This document shows positions 61,700 to 64,000 of a stretch of 64,000 nt of DNA, piece by piece (position 1 is the stretch's first letter; every line of letters begins with the position of its first letter). Source of the stretch: the human T2T-CHM13v2.0 reference genome, Homo sapiens; assembly GCF_009914755.1 (NCBI RefSeq), contig NC_060938.1. The stretch is one strand, 5' to 3'. Under the pieces are notes generated by a model, which had not been told where the DNA came from, searched no databases, and worked only from the letters and a program-made list of their open reading frames with translations. Both the position numbers and the translations under genes were made by a program.

Positions 61700-63600
61700 T
61701 CCCTGTCTTTCAGAACCAGCTATCTTCACCACCCCCAGTCTATACTCCTCTGGAGTGTATACTGAATCACTGGGACTGCTTTGACCCTCAGATTCTGGAG
61801 GAAAAACACCTCATAGTCCTCTGTACAAAGGCTTGGCCAAATCATGATCTGCAGGAAGGTCTGGCTTGGCCTCAGGAAGGAACCATTCATTTTGATACCA
61901 TCCTGAAGTTGGAACTTTTTCCGTAAACATGAGGGCAAATGGTCTGATGCCCCATATGTGCAGGCTTTCTTTACCTTGCAGGGTAATCCAGACCTTTGCC
62001 GACAGTGTAGGATTGATCCATCCCTCCTCTTTGCCATCTCAGGAGAGGCTGCAAGGGGCAATCCCAGGGAACTATAGAAATGAGCCCCGGAGGCACCTCC
62101 AGCAGGGGAGCCAGCTCCCACCAGCCCTGCTCCTCCCGATCCACCCGGTCCTCCCTCTTCAGCTTCTCTCTCTCACTTGCCCCCTCCTAGAAATCCTCAC
62201 CCTGGGCAAGCCCCAGTGTCACACTTGCCCCTCCAACAGATGCTTGGTGAATTTGGCCCCCATGAGGTCCAGGTCCCCTTCTCTCTACAGGACTTAAAGC
62301 AAATCAAGGGAGATCTTGGCAAGTTTTCAGATGACCCTGACAGATATATATAAAGGCTTTCCAGAATTTAACCCAAGTATTTGAACTCTCCTGGAAAGAT
62401 GTTATGTTAGTTTTCAATCAAACCCTGAGTAACAGCTGAGAAGCAGGAGGCTCTGCAAGTGGCAGAGGGGAGGGATTTGGGGATGAACTTTGTATCACAT
62501 ATAGTGTCAGGGAAGGGGTCAAACTTTATCCAACTGGAAGAGAAGCAGTAGCATTGGATGACCCTAAATGGGATCCCCATGATGACATGGGAGAATGGAA
62601 GAGGAGACACTTTCAGGAGTGCATAATGGAGGGCTTACATAGGACTAGCACTAGGCCTCTCAATTACACCAAGCTATCCATGATTGAACAGGGATTTGAT
62701 GAGAATCCCACTGCCTTCCTGGAAAGGCTAAGGGAGCCCTTGGTAAAGCACACCTCTCTATCTCCTGATTCAGTCAAAGGAAACTAATCCTAAAGAATAA
62801 ATTTATTACTCAGGCAGTCCCTGCAGAAACAGGCCCTGGGATCAGATAGTACTTTAGAGAACCTCCTGAAAGTGGCCACTTCAGTCATTTATAATAGAGA
62901 CAGGGAGGCTCAGGAGAGAGAGAGAGGACGCGCAGGAAAGAGGCAGAGGCTTTAATGGCCACCATGCAGGTCCACAAACCCCAGAATTCCTGAGGTTCAG
63001 CTGTTAACTGCTACAGACGTGGCAAGCCAGGGGATTTTAGAACGAATTGCCCTGGCAGCATGAGGAAGCCACTTCGTCCCTGTCCAATCTGCAATGGGGA
63101 CCACTGGAAAGTGGATTGTCCCTGAGAATGCTGGTCTCTGAGTCCAGAGCCAATCTCCCAAATGGTCCAGCCAGACTGACAGATCCTGGGGCTCCTCTCC
63201 CTGGCTCTGGTGGTCTAGACCACCATTAGCATTCAGGAGCCCTGGGTAATCCCGGAAATCGAAGGAAGGAAAGTGGACCGCATTCTGGACACCAGGGCTG
63301 GTCTCTCGGTTCTCCTCTCCAATCTGGGTCCCTTTCCTCTGTTAGCACAACCGTGAGAGGCATCTCAGGAAGACCTTTAACCCAATAGTTCTCCCAACCC
63401 CTTAGTTGTAGTTGAGGAGACCTCTTGTTCACACATACTTTTCTAATTATGCCTGAAAACCCAACTCCTCTGTTGGGCAGGGATATTCTGGCCCATATGG
63501 GGACCACCATCCTGATGGCCCCAGGACAAACTCTTTATCTCCTCCTTGTGGAGACCAATATTAACCCAGAAGTTTGGGCAATTCAAGGGAAAATGGGCCA
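61700..63600 (+). pseudogene. Defective ERV1 gag-pro (HERV9/HERV-W/HUERS-P-like); provirus continues past the window
   Basis: MA TPLECILNHWDCFDPQ; CA/MHR IEQGFDENPTAFLERLRE; zinc knuckle CPICNGDHWKVDC; protease LDTRA...PTPLLGRDIL; many stops and frameshifts. Confidence 0.85.
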
Positions 63601-63603
63601 AGT

Positions 63604-63958
<355 letters not shown>

Positions 63959-64000
63959 TTAAGTTCTCCTTTTTTAACCAGAAATAATATTCCCTGAAAC

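Overview
Human (primate) genomic DNA, recognisable as the 14q32 EXOC3L4-TNFAIP2 locus. Positions 1-6.5 kb hold the last nine coding exons of EXOC3L4 (+). Positions ~19.3-33.4 kb hold the complete TNFAIP2/M-Sec gene (+): 11 coding exons joined at GT-AG sites give 1965 nt, or 654 aa. The two are tandem Sec6/EXOC3-family paralogues with identical intron phases. The rest is repeat-rich: a GC/CpG-rich segment, an NDUFB4 processed pseudogene, a decayed ERV-L carrying nested LTRs and Alus, an Alu-interrupted RPL21 processed pseudogene, two VNTRs, several solo LTRs, and the 5' part (LTR-PBS-gag-pro) of an ERV1 provirus. The most interesting observations are: (i) an in-frame upstream ATG run in TNFAIP2 cut by a single TAG, which looks like an ancestral 41-aa N-terminus turned into a uORF; (ii) a cryptic phase-0 intron in the TNFAIP2 last exon that would add a 64-aa basic, amphipathic C-terminus; (iii) an insertion in the NDUFB4 pseudogene that creates a strong splice acceptor, in frame with an upstream donor; (iv) several local rearrangement signatures (inverted duplication, fold-back Alu, templated insertion). 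Repeat family names come from recall and are unverified; no database search was run.
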